64,000 bases of DNA from Caldilineae bacterium. Lineage in GTDB: Bacteria; Chloroflexota; Anaerolineae; JAAEKA01. Of this stretch, positions 25,940-33,784 are shown in pieces. The notes beneath the pieces are model-generated. The model did not search any database, was not told where the DNA came from, and saw only the letters and a list, made by a program, of their open reading frames with translations. How positions within the stretch are numbered: the stretch's first letter is position 1; every line of letters begins with the position of its first letter. The position numbers and the translations under genes are program-made. The DNA is taken from assembly GCA_020634555.1 (NCBI GenBank), contig JACKBK010000017.1, positions 573 to 64,572 on the forward strand. Direction: 5' to 3'.

Positions 25940-28900
25940 TCAATCCTCGCGACCTGCCAGTCGGCTCTTGCGTCGCCAGCTCGTGAACAGCCTGGAGGCA
26001 AACAGCAGCAACAGCAGTACGGTCCAGGCCAGTAGCCCGTTCAGCGGGTTGCCAGCCGCAGCATCGAAGGATGCCAGCGTCACCGCCGTCGGTGTCTGTA
26101 TGGTCGCGCTGACCGGACCGTGGCGGGTTGTATGGCCGCCTACATCTACATCCTCCAGCCAGTACCAGGCCGTCTGCCCCGGTGTGACGTCCGCGTCGTC
26201 GTACTGGTATGTGAAGCCTTGTGCGCTGCCCGGGGCCTGCGACGGCACGTAGGCCAGCAGGGTCGCGCTGTCCCAGACGCCGTCCAGCGAGCGATACAGG
26301 TTGAAACCGGCATTATCGATCTCGCTCACCGTCTCCCAGGAAACCCGGATCGCGTCCGGGCGTGCCGCCGCACCAAATGCGGCCAGCGTCACCGCCAGCG
26401 GCGTGCAGGTGTCAACACAGACCTGCCCCTGGTTGCCCAGGCCGTCGGTGTACGTGTAGGGTCCCGGCTGGTTCATCTCACGCTGGTAGGTCTGGCCCGG
26501 CTTAAGCATGCCACCATCCCAGCCCAGCGTGGTGCTGATAGGATTGAGCACGCTCAGCGGTTGCAGCACCGGGTTGTCGGTCTGCGTCGCCAGGTCGGCC
26601 GGGCTGAGGCCGTCCACCTCGGCTTGCCACTGCACCGTCGTGCCGGCCGGCACGGTGACGCTGGGCGGTTGCGGCCCGCCGGCGGTCAGCAGGATCTCGG
26701 TCACAGTTTCGATGGCGGGTGGCTCGGTCCAGGGTGTGTAGGGTACATTGACGTGGACGATTTCGTTGACGACGGTGATCACCGGGCTGCGCCATGGCTG
26801 ATAGCCCGGCTTGCCGTCCACCTGCAGATAGTACTGGCCGGGCGGGGTGAAGAAGGCAAAGTAGCCGTCCGCGCTGGTCACCTGCGGGTTGATCTGGTTG
26901 TTGTACAGCCCGGCCGGCCACGGCGTCCAGCCGCCCCACTCCGGCAGGTACTCGTAGAGCGTCACCGTGACGCCGTCGATGGCGTGCGCGGTCGGGTCGT
27001 TGGGATCAAAGCCCTGGGTCACGTCGAACACGTAGCCGTCGGGATCGATCAGGATGCGCCCGTTGGACGAGACGTAGTTGCCGCCGCAGTCGGCCCAGAA
27101 GACGACGTTGTGCGCACCGCCGGTAATGGCGAAGGTGTAGTCGGGAAACGCGCCGGTCGGATCGTAGCGGTGGTTGTCGGCGATGACCCAGATGCTGCTG
27201 GGCTGTCCGGTTGTGCCCGATTCGGGCGGGCAGTTGCAGCCATACAGATGCAACGTCGTGTTCCAGAAGCCATAGACGCCTGGGATGCGCCAGTTCTGGC
27301 TGGCGAACTCACCGCTGTTGTTGCGGAAGCCGAACACCAAATGCTGGCCGGCTTTCGGCCCCACCGTGGGCGTGCCCTCCCACTCTGAGCGCTGCGGGCA
27401 CCAAAAGCTGAGCGGCGGCCGCAGCGTCACGACAGAGCTGGGAGCGCTGCACGCGCCGCCGGGAATGCACGCCTGAACCGTCAGCAGTTCGGTCGCGCTG
27501 CCGCCGTAGGTGTAGGCGATGCTGAAGCGGCCCTCCGCGTCGGCCTGCGTTTGCAGCACCTGCACACCGTCGATGAGCACCAACACGTCCAGATTCGGCT
27601 GGGCCACGCCGCTGACATCGACATCGCCGGGGCACAGCTCGCCGCTGCCCGGCTCGGTCAGCAGCGGCGCCATGACGGGAATCTGCGTGGTCGCTTGCGC
27701 CTCAAGCTGGTAAGGGCCGGCGTGTAGGGTCGCCGTGTTGGTGTACACCCCGCCTCCTACAGGATTGTCATAGCTGGCCGCCATGCTGATCAGCCCAGAC
27801 TGGCCGCGGGCGACCTGTCCCTCCGGCTGCCACGTCAGCGTCTGGCCGGCCTGGCCGAACGTCATGGCCGGCGTGTGGGATTCGCCGGTAAGAGTCATAC
27901 CGGTCGGCAGCTCGTCGTCGATCGTCACCGACAGCGGCGACGCGTTGGCGTCCGGGCTGCCGTAGTAGTACGACAGGAAGTAGTCTTGGCTAAGGCTATG
28001 CTCCAGCACGCCGCTCTGCGGGTCCGCAGTTACGGACCAGCGCGGCGCCAGCGCGCTCTTGTCGAAGTGGAACTGGTTCTCCGGCACACGGCTGAAGGTG
28101 TAGATCATATCGCCGGTCCAGTCGGTGACGAAGATATGGTTGCCGTCCGGCGTCGTGTCAACCCCGGCCCACAGCACGCCGGCGAAGCCGGTGACCATCT
28201 CACTGACCGCGCCGGTGGTCGGGTTGACGCGCAGCAGGCGGGGAGGGGTCGCGTCGACGACCCACAGGTCGCCTGTCAGCGGATCAATGGTAATGCCGCG
28301 CGGATCGGCAATCGGCGTCTGTGTGGTCACAGGCGTCAGGGTAGGCCCGTCATCCAACCGGAAGATTGTGCCATCCGCCGTGCCCAGCGGATCGACGATG
28401 TAGATCGCCGAGGAACTGATGGCGACATCGACCGGGTCGCCCAAAGGGCCAACGCTCTGGGCGTCGGTGTAAATCAGCACTTCGCCTTCAGCTGTGTCCG
28501 GCGACCAGCGCCAGATGTAGTCCCCGCCGCTATTGGCGCCGCGGTCAACCAACAGCGCCTGGCCGGCGCTGAGAATCGGCCCTGTATAGTCGGCCGGCGC
28601 GACTGCCATACCCACAGGGTCATCGTCGCCGCTGCCCAGACCGCTGAGCCATGTTGTGCGCGTCGTGGTGCCGTACGCTGTCCGATATACCCCGCCGCCG
28701 TAGTCTTCTGAGAGAAAGATGTCGCCGTCGGTCGGGTCTACAAACACAGCAGACGGCCGGTCGGCCGCGGTGATCGACGAGATCGTGCCATCGACGTTGA
28801 CGCGGTTCAGGTTGCCGCCGCCGCCACTGGATGGTCGGCGTCCGTAGTAAAGCAGACCATCGATGGGGTTGTAGTGCGCTCCTACCGGATCCGCTGCGGC

Positions 28901-29095
28901 TGTGGCGGTGCTGATCACCCAGCCCGGTTCCACAATGCTTATCTCGTCAGGCGCGCCAGGAGCGGCCAGTGCCTGCGGCGCGTAAGCTGCCAGCAATCCA
29001 GAGAGCAGCGATACACACAGCAAGAGCCGCAGCGGCAAGCTATGAACGATCCTCATTTTCTGAAAAGTGGCGGGTCGTGTGTTGTTTCGTTTCAT
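25940..29095 (-). CDS. Cassette A: large secreted multidomain protein (N-terminal beta-propeller, Ig-like/carboxypeptidase-regulatory-like and cupredoxin-like repeats) ending in the conserved C-terminal anchor module
   Basis: Signal peptide LSGLLAAYAPQALA, propeller-like strands (IYIVDPLG, LWVVDATPPRLLRV, HIFVTDWTGDMIYTF), and the C-terminal 153 aa PLAVTLAAF...GFNLYR...PSQAPGSAQG...YWLEDVDVGG...PTAVTLASF + TM + RRKSR. Confidence 0.8.
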   Translation of the reverse strand: MKRNNTRPATFQKMRIVHSLPLRLLLCVSLLSGLLAAYAPQALAAPGAPDEISIVEPGWVISTATAAADPVGAHYNPIDGLLYYGRRPSSGGGGNLNRVNVDGTISSITAADRPSAVFVDPTDGDIFLSEDYGGGVYRTAYGTTTRTTWLSGLGSGDDDPVGMAVAPADYTGPILSAGQALLVDRGANSGGDYIWRWSPDTAEGEVLIYTDAQSVGPLGDPVDVAISSSAIYIVDPLGTADGTIFRLDDGPTLTPVTTQTPIADPRGITIDPLTGDLWVVDATPPRLLRVNPTTGAVSEMVTGFAGVLWAGVDTTPDGNHIFVTDWTGDMIYTFSRVPENQFHFDKSALAPRWSVTADPQSGVLEHSLSQDYFLSYYYGSPDANASPLSVTIDDELPTGMTLTGESHTPAMTFGQAGQTLTWQPEGQVARGQSGLISMAASYDNPVGGGVYTNTATLHAGPYQLEAQATTQIPVMAPLLTEPGSGELCPGDVDVSGVAQPNLDVLVLIDGVQVLQTQADAEGRFSIAYTYGGSATELLTVQACIPGGACSAPSSVVTLRPPLSFWCPQRSEWEGTPTVGPKAGQHLVFGFRNNSGEFASQNWRIPGVYGFWNTTLHLYGCNCPPESGTTGQPSSIWVIADNHRYDPTGAFPDYTFAITGGAHNVVFWADCGGNYVSSNGRILIDPDGYVFDVTQGFDPNDPTAHAIDGVTVTLYEYLPEWGGWTPWPAGLYNNQINPQVTSADGYFAFFTPPGQYYLQVDGKPGYQPWRSPVITVVNEIVHVNVPYTPWTEPPAIETVTEILLTAGGPQPPSVTVPAGTTVQWQAEVDGLSPADLATQTDNPVLQPLSVLNPISTTLGWDGGMLKPGQTYQREMNQPGPYTYTDGLGNQGQVCVDTCTPLAVTLAAFGAAARPDAIRVSWETVSEIDNAGFNLYRSLDGVWDSATLLAYVPSQAPGSAQGFTYQYDDADVTPGQTAWYWLEDVDVGGHTTRHGPVSATIQTPTAVTLASFDAAAGNPLNGLLAWTVLLLLLFASRLFTSWRRKSRLAGRED

Positions 29096-29160
29096 TGCAA
29101 GTATTCCTCCGTAGTAAGCGACTGCTGCGAAACAGGTTCAGGCAAGAAATTCATCGCTGG

Positions 29161-29198
29161 CTGGGGTAGCAGGCGAGTTTTCCCGTCCGCTACCCCAG
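29161..29198 (-). terminator. Intra-operon hairpin (possible attenuator) between the lipoprotein gene and the 1051-aa gene
   Basis: 10-bp stem ctggggtagc / gctaccccag with an 18-nt loop and no clear U-tract. Confidence 0.35.
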
Positions 29199-29212
29199 CA
29201 GCGTTTGAGGCT

Positions 29213-30169
29213 CTAGCCCTCCACCGCCAGCTCAGCTACCATGCCCATCATGAAGTGGGGCGCGCCATCGGCGTTGGACGAGGGGATGAAGCACAGAAGG
29301 CCATAGTGCTTGCCAGCCTCCAGATTGGCCGTGAAGTAGGCTTCACTGTCGGTGGCGATGGCGCCAATGCCGCCCACAGGCATGCCCGGCGGGGGACCAG
29401 CCGGGGCGTCGGATGCCATGGCAGCCAGGAAATCCTGCACGCTTGCGCCCGGCGCCAGTTCAATCAGCGAGAGTTCGTGCGGCTCGGTGCCTGTGTTGAC
29501 GACCTTGATGGTCTGGTCGCCTGGAGCCACGGTCTGGTCGGAGATCTTGAACTGGTAGTCCACCAGTTCCACGGTCAGGTCAGCATCAGGCGCCTGGGCC
29601 GTCGCGCCGCTGGCGGCGGTGACGCTGAAGGGCTTGATCAGTCCCTTTGCAGCGTGGGGAATCCCGTCAGGGCCGGGGATCACATCGATTACCACGTAGT
29701 CGCCTGCTTCCAGATTCACCATGGTAGAGGCACTGGCGCCCGGCATCACGCCGGTAGGCCCACCCGCGCTGGCCAACCACTCGGGCACGCCGGTTAGCTC
29801 GCCCTGCAGCGCAGCAGCCAGGTCGTTCATGGTCTTGCCCTCCAGGAAGCGGAAAAGCTGGGCCTGGTGTTGGTCCTCGCCCTGGTTGGTCAGTTCGACG
29901 CGCGTCCAGCCAGCCGGTGTGCTGTCCGGCCCGCTGAACCCGGTCTCGGTGGCGGTGAAGCTCACCGCGGGGATGGACGGCGCCTCGGCAGCCGGAGCCG
30001 GGGCCTGGCAGCCGGCAACCGCGAGAGACAGGACGCTGAGTATCAACAGGAAAATGGTCAAGTTGGTCTTTCGGTAGAACACGGTACACTCCTTGGATTG
30101 AAATAGGGTTTCCACTTGGATCACAAACATTTGGGGGTTTCGCAGTGATCTGCCAGACGGCAGTGTCAT
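29213..30169 (-). CDS. Cassette A: lipoprotein with a cupredoxin-like C-terminal Cys...His..Met motif
   Basis: Lipobox LSLAVAGC. The C-terminus LLCFIPSSNADGAPHFMMGMVAEL resembles the C-x-H-x-M ligand loop of blue copper proteins but with a longer Cys-His spacer. The ATG at 30169 overlaps the stop of the upstream small gene (ATGA). Confidence 0.6.
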   Translation of the reverse strand: MTLPSGRSLRNPQMFVIQVETLFQSKECTVFYRKTNLTIFLLILSVLSLAVAGCQAPAPAAEAPSIPAVSFTATETGFSGPDSTPAGWTRVELTNQGEDQHQAQLFRFLEGKTMNDLAAALQGELTGVPEWLASAGGPTGVMPGASASTMVNLEAGDYVVIDVIPGPDGIPHAAKGLIKPFSVTAASGATAQAPDADLTVELVDYQFKISDQTVAPGDQTIKVVNTGTEPHELSLIELAPGASVQDFLAAMASDAPAGPPPGMPVGGIGAIATDSEAYFTANLEAGKHYGLLCFIPSSNADGAPHFMMGMVAELAVEG

Positions 30170-30402
30170 CGCTTGCGTTGTTTTTCGTCGGGTTGTCCTC
30201 CTGTAGCGCTATCGGCGGGCTGTCGGCCCGAAATTTCCAGCGTCTCGTTCGTCATCTCCCCCAAGAAGGCCACCAGATCGCTCAATGCGCCGAAACTGTA
30301 TCGTTCCTTGACGTATGCGTTCTCCAGCGTTGCGTGCCATGGTTTGTCGTTGCCTGTGCGCCAGAGTCGCAGGACGTAGGCAAAGTAGTCTTGGTTCGAC
30401 AT
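30166..30402 (-). CDS. Cassette A: small (78 aa) conserved protein, paralog of 42483..42701
   Basis: YVLRLW...WHATLEN...KERYSFGALSDLVAFL aligns with FVLTCW...WRYSLER...GERLGFADLRELMAYV. In both cases it is the first gene of the operon and has a 4-nt ATGA overlap with the next gene. Confidence 0.6.
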   Translation of the reverse strand: MSNQDYFAYVLRLWRTGNDKPWHATLENAYVKERYSFGALSDLVAFLGEMTNETLEISGRQPADSATGGQPDEKQRKR

Positions 30403-30416
30403 GAGTAGACGATCTC

Positions 30417-30448
30417 AGTATAATTGGGCAACCGGTTGCCAGTTTGCC
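30417..30448 (-). promoter_or_regulatory. Cassette A: candidate activator-dependent promoter (-10 TATACT preceded by GGCAAAC/GGCAACC boxes)
   Basis: Minus strand reads ggcaaacTGgcaaccggttgcccaatTATACT. The proximal box sits 17 nt upstream of the -10, as in cassettes B and C. The boxes are 8 bp apart, not 11. There are only 14 nt from the -10 to the ATG. Confidence 0.4.
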
Positions 30449-30587
30449 GGGATGGCAGCTTCCAGGAGATGGCGGTTTTTGCCGGACGGCGTTCCTGACC
30501 CTCGCAGCTCGCTGCACACCTCGATCAGATGGCTTCAGCATACAGCATGACTCTTCAGGAAGTCTTTATTTTCCCTTCAGGAAAGCC

Positions 30588-33500
30588 ATGACCCGATCAG
30601 GATTGGCGATTTTCCTGCTGGGAGGTGTGCGAATCGAGTTGGACAGTTCGCCCGTCACCGGGCTTGCCTCACGCAAGGCCGAAGCCCTGTTGATCTATCT
30701 GGCCTACGAGCAGCAGGTCAAGAGCCGCGAGTTCCTGGCCGGAATGCTGTGGCCTGACTCCTCCCAGGCGCGGGGATTGGCCAACCTCAGCGTCGTGTTG
30801 ACCAGTCTGCGCAAGCAACTGGACCCTTTCCTCCACACAACGCATCAGACGATCGCCTTCGTTCACGATCGAGATTACACCCTGGATGTGGCTGATTTCG
30901 AGAGGGACATCGGTAACGCCCGGCGTCTGCAACAGCAACAGGGGCAGATAACCCGTGCAGCGGCGGCCTTGCTGATCAGCGCCACCGAGGCCTACCGGGG
31001 AGATTTTCTGGCAGGTTTCTCGATTCGACAAGCGCCCGATTTCGAGGCGTGGGCCTTGCTTGAACAGGAGCGATTGCGGCGGCTGGCACTGGAGGCCATG
31101 CACGACCTGGGCAATTTCTACATGGGGCGCGGCCAATTCACCACCGGCATCGAACAGGTTAACCGGTTGCTTGCATTGGACCCGCTGCGAGAGGATGGCC
31201 ACCGGTTGCTGATGCGCCTGCTGGCGCTGGACGGCCAGCGCGCGTCAGCCCTGGCGCAGTTCGACCGCTGTTTCGAGGTGCTGCGCGATGAACTGGGCGT
31301 CGAGCCAGACGACGAAACAGCCGCGTTGTATGAGGCAATTGCCAAGGACGAATTCCCGTCCGGCCAAGGCGTCCGGGAAGCAGCGCCTGCCATAGCTGCA
31401 GGCCAGGTTCCCGTCGCGCCCTCACACAACCTGCCCCACATCCCCACCCCGTTCGTGGGCCGCGAGCTAGAACAATCCCAGATCGCTGCCCGGCTGGACA
31501 GCCTGGACTGCCGTCTGTTGACGTTGACCGGCCCCGGCGGAATCGGCAAGACGCGGCTGGCCCTGCAAGCCGCGGGCCAGCGCCTGGCCACCTATCGCGA
31601 TGGCGTCTGGTTTGTGGGGCTGGCCGCACTGGACGACGCAGCCGGCATCCCATCGGCCATCGCCTCAGCCATGGGCTTCGCTTTTTCGGGGCCGGCCGAT
31701 CCCGCCAACCAGTTGGTGGATTTCCTGAGAAACAAGGAAACGCTGCTGCTGCTGGACAACTTCGAGCAACTGATCGGCGACCAAAGCCTGGATCTGGTCG
31801 CGCGCCTGCTGGCCGAGGCGCCGGGGACCCAGATGCTTGTCACCTCGCGCGAGCGGCTGAACCTGCAAGCCGAGTGGATCGTCGATGTGAGTGGACTGCC
31901 CTATCCGGCCGATTCCGCCGATCCCCGGGCCGGCCACTATGCCGCCGTGCGCCTTCTGGTACAGCACGCCCAACGCCTGCGAACAGACTTCAAGCTGGAT
32001 GCCACCAACCAGGCAGCCGTGGTGCGCATCTGCCAGATGGTGGATGGCATGCCTCTGGCCCTGGAACTGGCCGCGTCCTGGATCAGGGCCCTGGCGCCGC
32101 AGGAGATCGTCGCCGAGTTGGCGCGCGGCCTGGAAGTGCTCACTACCACAGCCCGGGATCTGCCGGCCCGCCACCGCAGCATCCGGGCAGTGTTTGACTA
32201 CTCGTGGCAATCCCTCAGCCAGGAGCAGCAGGTTGCCCTGATGCAGCTTTCGGTGTTCCGGGGCGGATTCACGCGAGAAACCGCAGCCGCGGTGGCAGGC
32301 GTAACGGCTGGCGTGCTGCTGGCATTGGTGGACAAATCGCTGGTGCGCCCCTTGGCGTCAGGCCGCTTCCTTAAACATGTGCTGACCAACCAGTACGCGG
32401 AGTCGCGCTTGGCCGAGCACCCCCAGCTTGAACGGCAGGTACATGCCGACCATGCCCGCTATTTCGCCGAGAGGCTGCAACGGCAGGAGCACGGCTTCTA
32501 CGGTTCCGATGACCGGAACGCCCTGGGTTGGATGGTGGCTGAGGAGGAGAACATCCGGCGCGCCTGGCGCTGGGCCGTGGCCGAACAAGACCTCACGCTC
32601 GTTGGCCACTTCCTGGAAAGCTTCCTTTATTTCTTCGACATTCAAGGACGCTACCGGGAAGGCGCCGAACTGACGCAGGAGGCGCTGGCAGCGCTGGCGC
32701 CCATTGACGGCGAAAGCGAACCCCGGTTTCGCCGGGTGCTGGGGCGGCTGACGGCTCTGGACGGCGGATTCCGCTTCCGCCTGGGCGATTTCGAGGGTAC
32801 CCGGCTCCAGGCTGAGCGCGCCGTTGCGCTGTTGGAGCCTTTCAGGCCGTTGCTGGACCTGGGCCACGCCTTTTTGTACCGGGGCATCGGCTTCTATGGC
32901 CTGGGCGATCTCGACAGATGCCTGGCGGATTCGCTGAGAGCCAGGGATGCCTATCGTGAGGCAGGCCATGCCTGGGGTGAGGGAGCGGCGCTGGACAACG
33001 CCGGCACCATCCTCTCCCTGCAAGGCCACCATGATGAGGGCCGCCGTCTGCACCTTGAGGCGCTGGAGATCGCCCAGAAGCTGGGCAGCCGCTACCTCAT
33101 GGCCGCTCTCCTGGGTGATCTGGCCAACATCGAAACGGCGGCTGGAGATCATGACAAGGCGCTGGACTATGCTGAACGCTCCCTGGCCGTGATTGAGGAG
33201 ATGGAACGGCCCTACATGACCGCCACTATCTCGCGCGCCCTGGGCGACATCGCCCTGCAAAGCGGTGACTACAGCGCGGCAGAAGAACACCTGGCCAAAG
33301 CCCTGGCTATCGCCCGCAACACCGGCAACCGCCTGGATCTGGCTGATGCCTTAGTACAGCTCGGCGCTGTCCACATGGCCCAGAAGCGCTATGAACTGGC
33401 AACCGAGGCCTACCAGGAGGCAGTTGCCACGGCAGGGGACATCCAGGCGCGCCTGATGGTCGCCGACGCGCTGGCAGGCTTGGGCGAGGTTGCAATACAC

Positions 33501-33704
33501 AGGGGAGCGCCGCACAAGGCTGTGACCCTGTTGGCTTTCGTGGTCACCAACGGTGTAAGCCGGGCCGAGACTTGCCAGAAGGCCGAAGCGCTGTTGCAGG
33601 AGGCATCCACCCTGCTTTCACGCGATGCGTACCAGAATGCTGAAAAGCGAGGACAGGCGCTGACTTCCGATGCCGCCATTGCCCTCGTGTCCAGGTACAC
33701 CTGA
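30588..33704 (+). CDS. Cassette A regulator: AfsR-like SARP (OmpR-type wHTH + BTAD), NB-ARC/STAND ATPase and TPR
   Basis: RKAEALLIYLAYEQ...LWPD, PDFEAWALLEQERLRRL, LDPLREDGHRLLMRLLALDGQRASALAQFDRCFEVLRDELGVEP (BTAD), Walker A GPGGIGKTRLAL, LLLLDNFEQL, and C-terminal TPR-like repeats. RBS AGGAAAG before the ATG at 30588. Confidence 0.85.
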   Translation: MTRSGLAIFLLGGVRIELDSSPVTGLASRKAEALLIYLAYEQQVKSREFLAGMLWPDSSQARGLANLSVVLTSLRKQLDPFLHTTHQTIAFVHDRDYTLDVADFERDIGNARRLQQQQGQITRAAAALLISATEAYRGDFLAGFSIRQAPDFEAWALLEQERLRRLALEAMHDLGNFYMGRGQFTTGIEQVNRLLALDPLREDGHRLLMRLLALDGQRASALAQFDRCFEVLRDELGVEPDDETAALYEAIAKDEFPSGQGVREAAPAIAAGQVPVAPSHNLPHIPTPFVGRELEQSQIAARLDSLDCRLLTLTGPGGIGKTRLALQAAGQRLATYRDGVWFVGLAALDDAAGIPSAIASAMGFAFSGPADPANQLVDFLRNKETLLLLDNFEQLIGDQSLDLVARLLAEAPGTQMLVTSRERLNLQAEWIVDVSGLPYPADSADPRAGHYAAVRLLVQHAQRLRTDFKLDATNQAAVVRICQMVDGMPLALELAASWIRALAPQEIVAELARGLEVLTTTARDLPARHRSIRAVFDYSWQSLSQEQQVALMQLSVFRGGFTRETAAAVAGVTAGVLLALVDKSLVRPLASGRFLKHVLTNQYAESRLAEHPQLERQVHADHARYFAERLQRQEHGFYGSDDRNALGWMVAEEENIRRAWRWAVAEQDLTLVGHFLESFLYFFDIQGRYREGAELTQEALAALAPIDGESEPRFRRVLGRLTALDGGFRFRLGDFEGTRLQAERAVALLEPFRPLLDLGHAFLYRGIGFYGLGDLDRCLADSLRARDAYREAGHAWGEGAALDNAGTILSLQGHHDEGRRLHLEALEIAQKLGSRYLMAALLGDLANIETAAGDHDKALDYAERSLAVIEEMERPYMTATISRALGDIALQSGDYSAAEEHLAKALAIARNTGNRLDLADALVQLGAVHMAQKRYELATEAYQEAVATAGDIQARLMVADALAGLGEVAIHRGAPHKAVTLLAFVVTNGVSRAETCQKAEALLQEASTLLSRDAYQNAEKRGQALTSDAAIALVSRYT

Positions 33705-33725
33705 AACGGAGAGGGCATCCTTTGA

Positions 33726-33760
33726 AAATGACCGGCGCTTGCGGAAAGTGCCGGTCATTT
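33726..33760. terminator. Bidirectional hairpin between regulator A and the convergent cassette B structural gene
   Basis: 11-bp stem aaatgaccggc / gccggtcattt with a 13-nt loop. Confidence 0.6.
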
Positions 33761-33784
33761 GAGTCTGTGCGCGCGAGATGAAAG

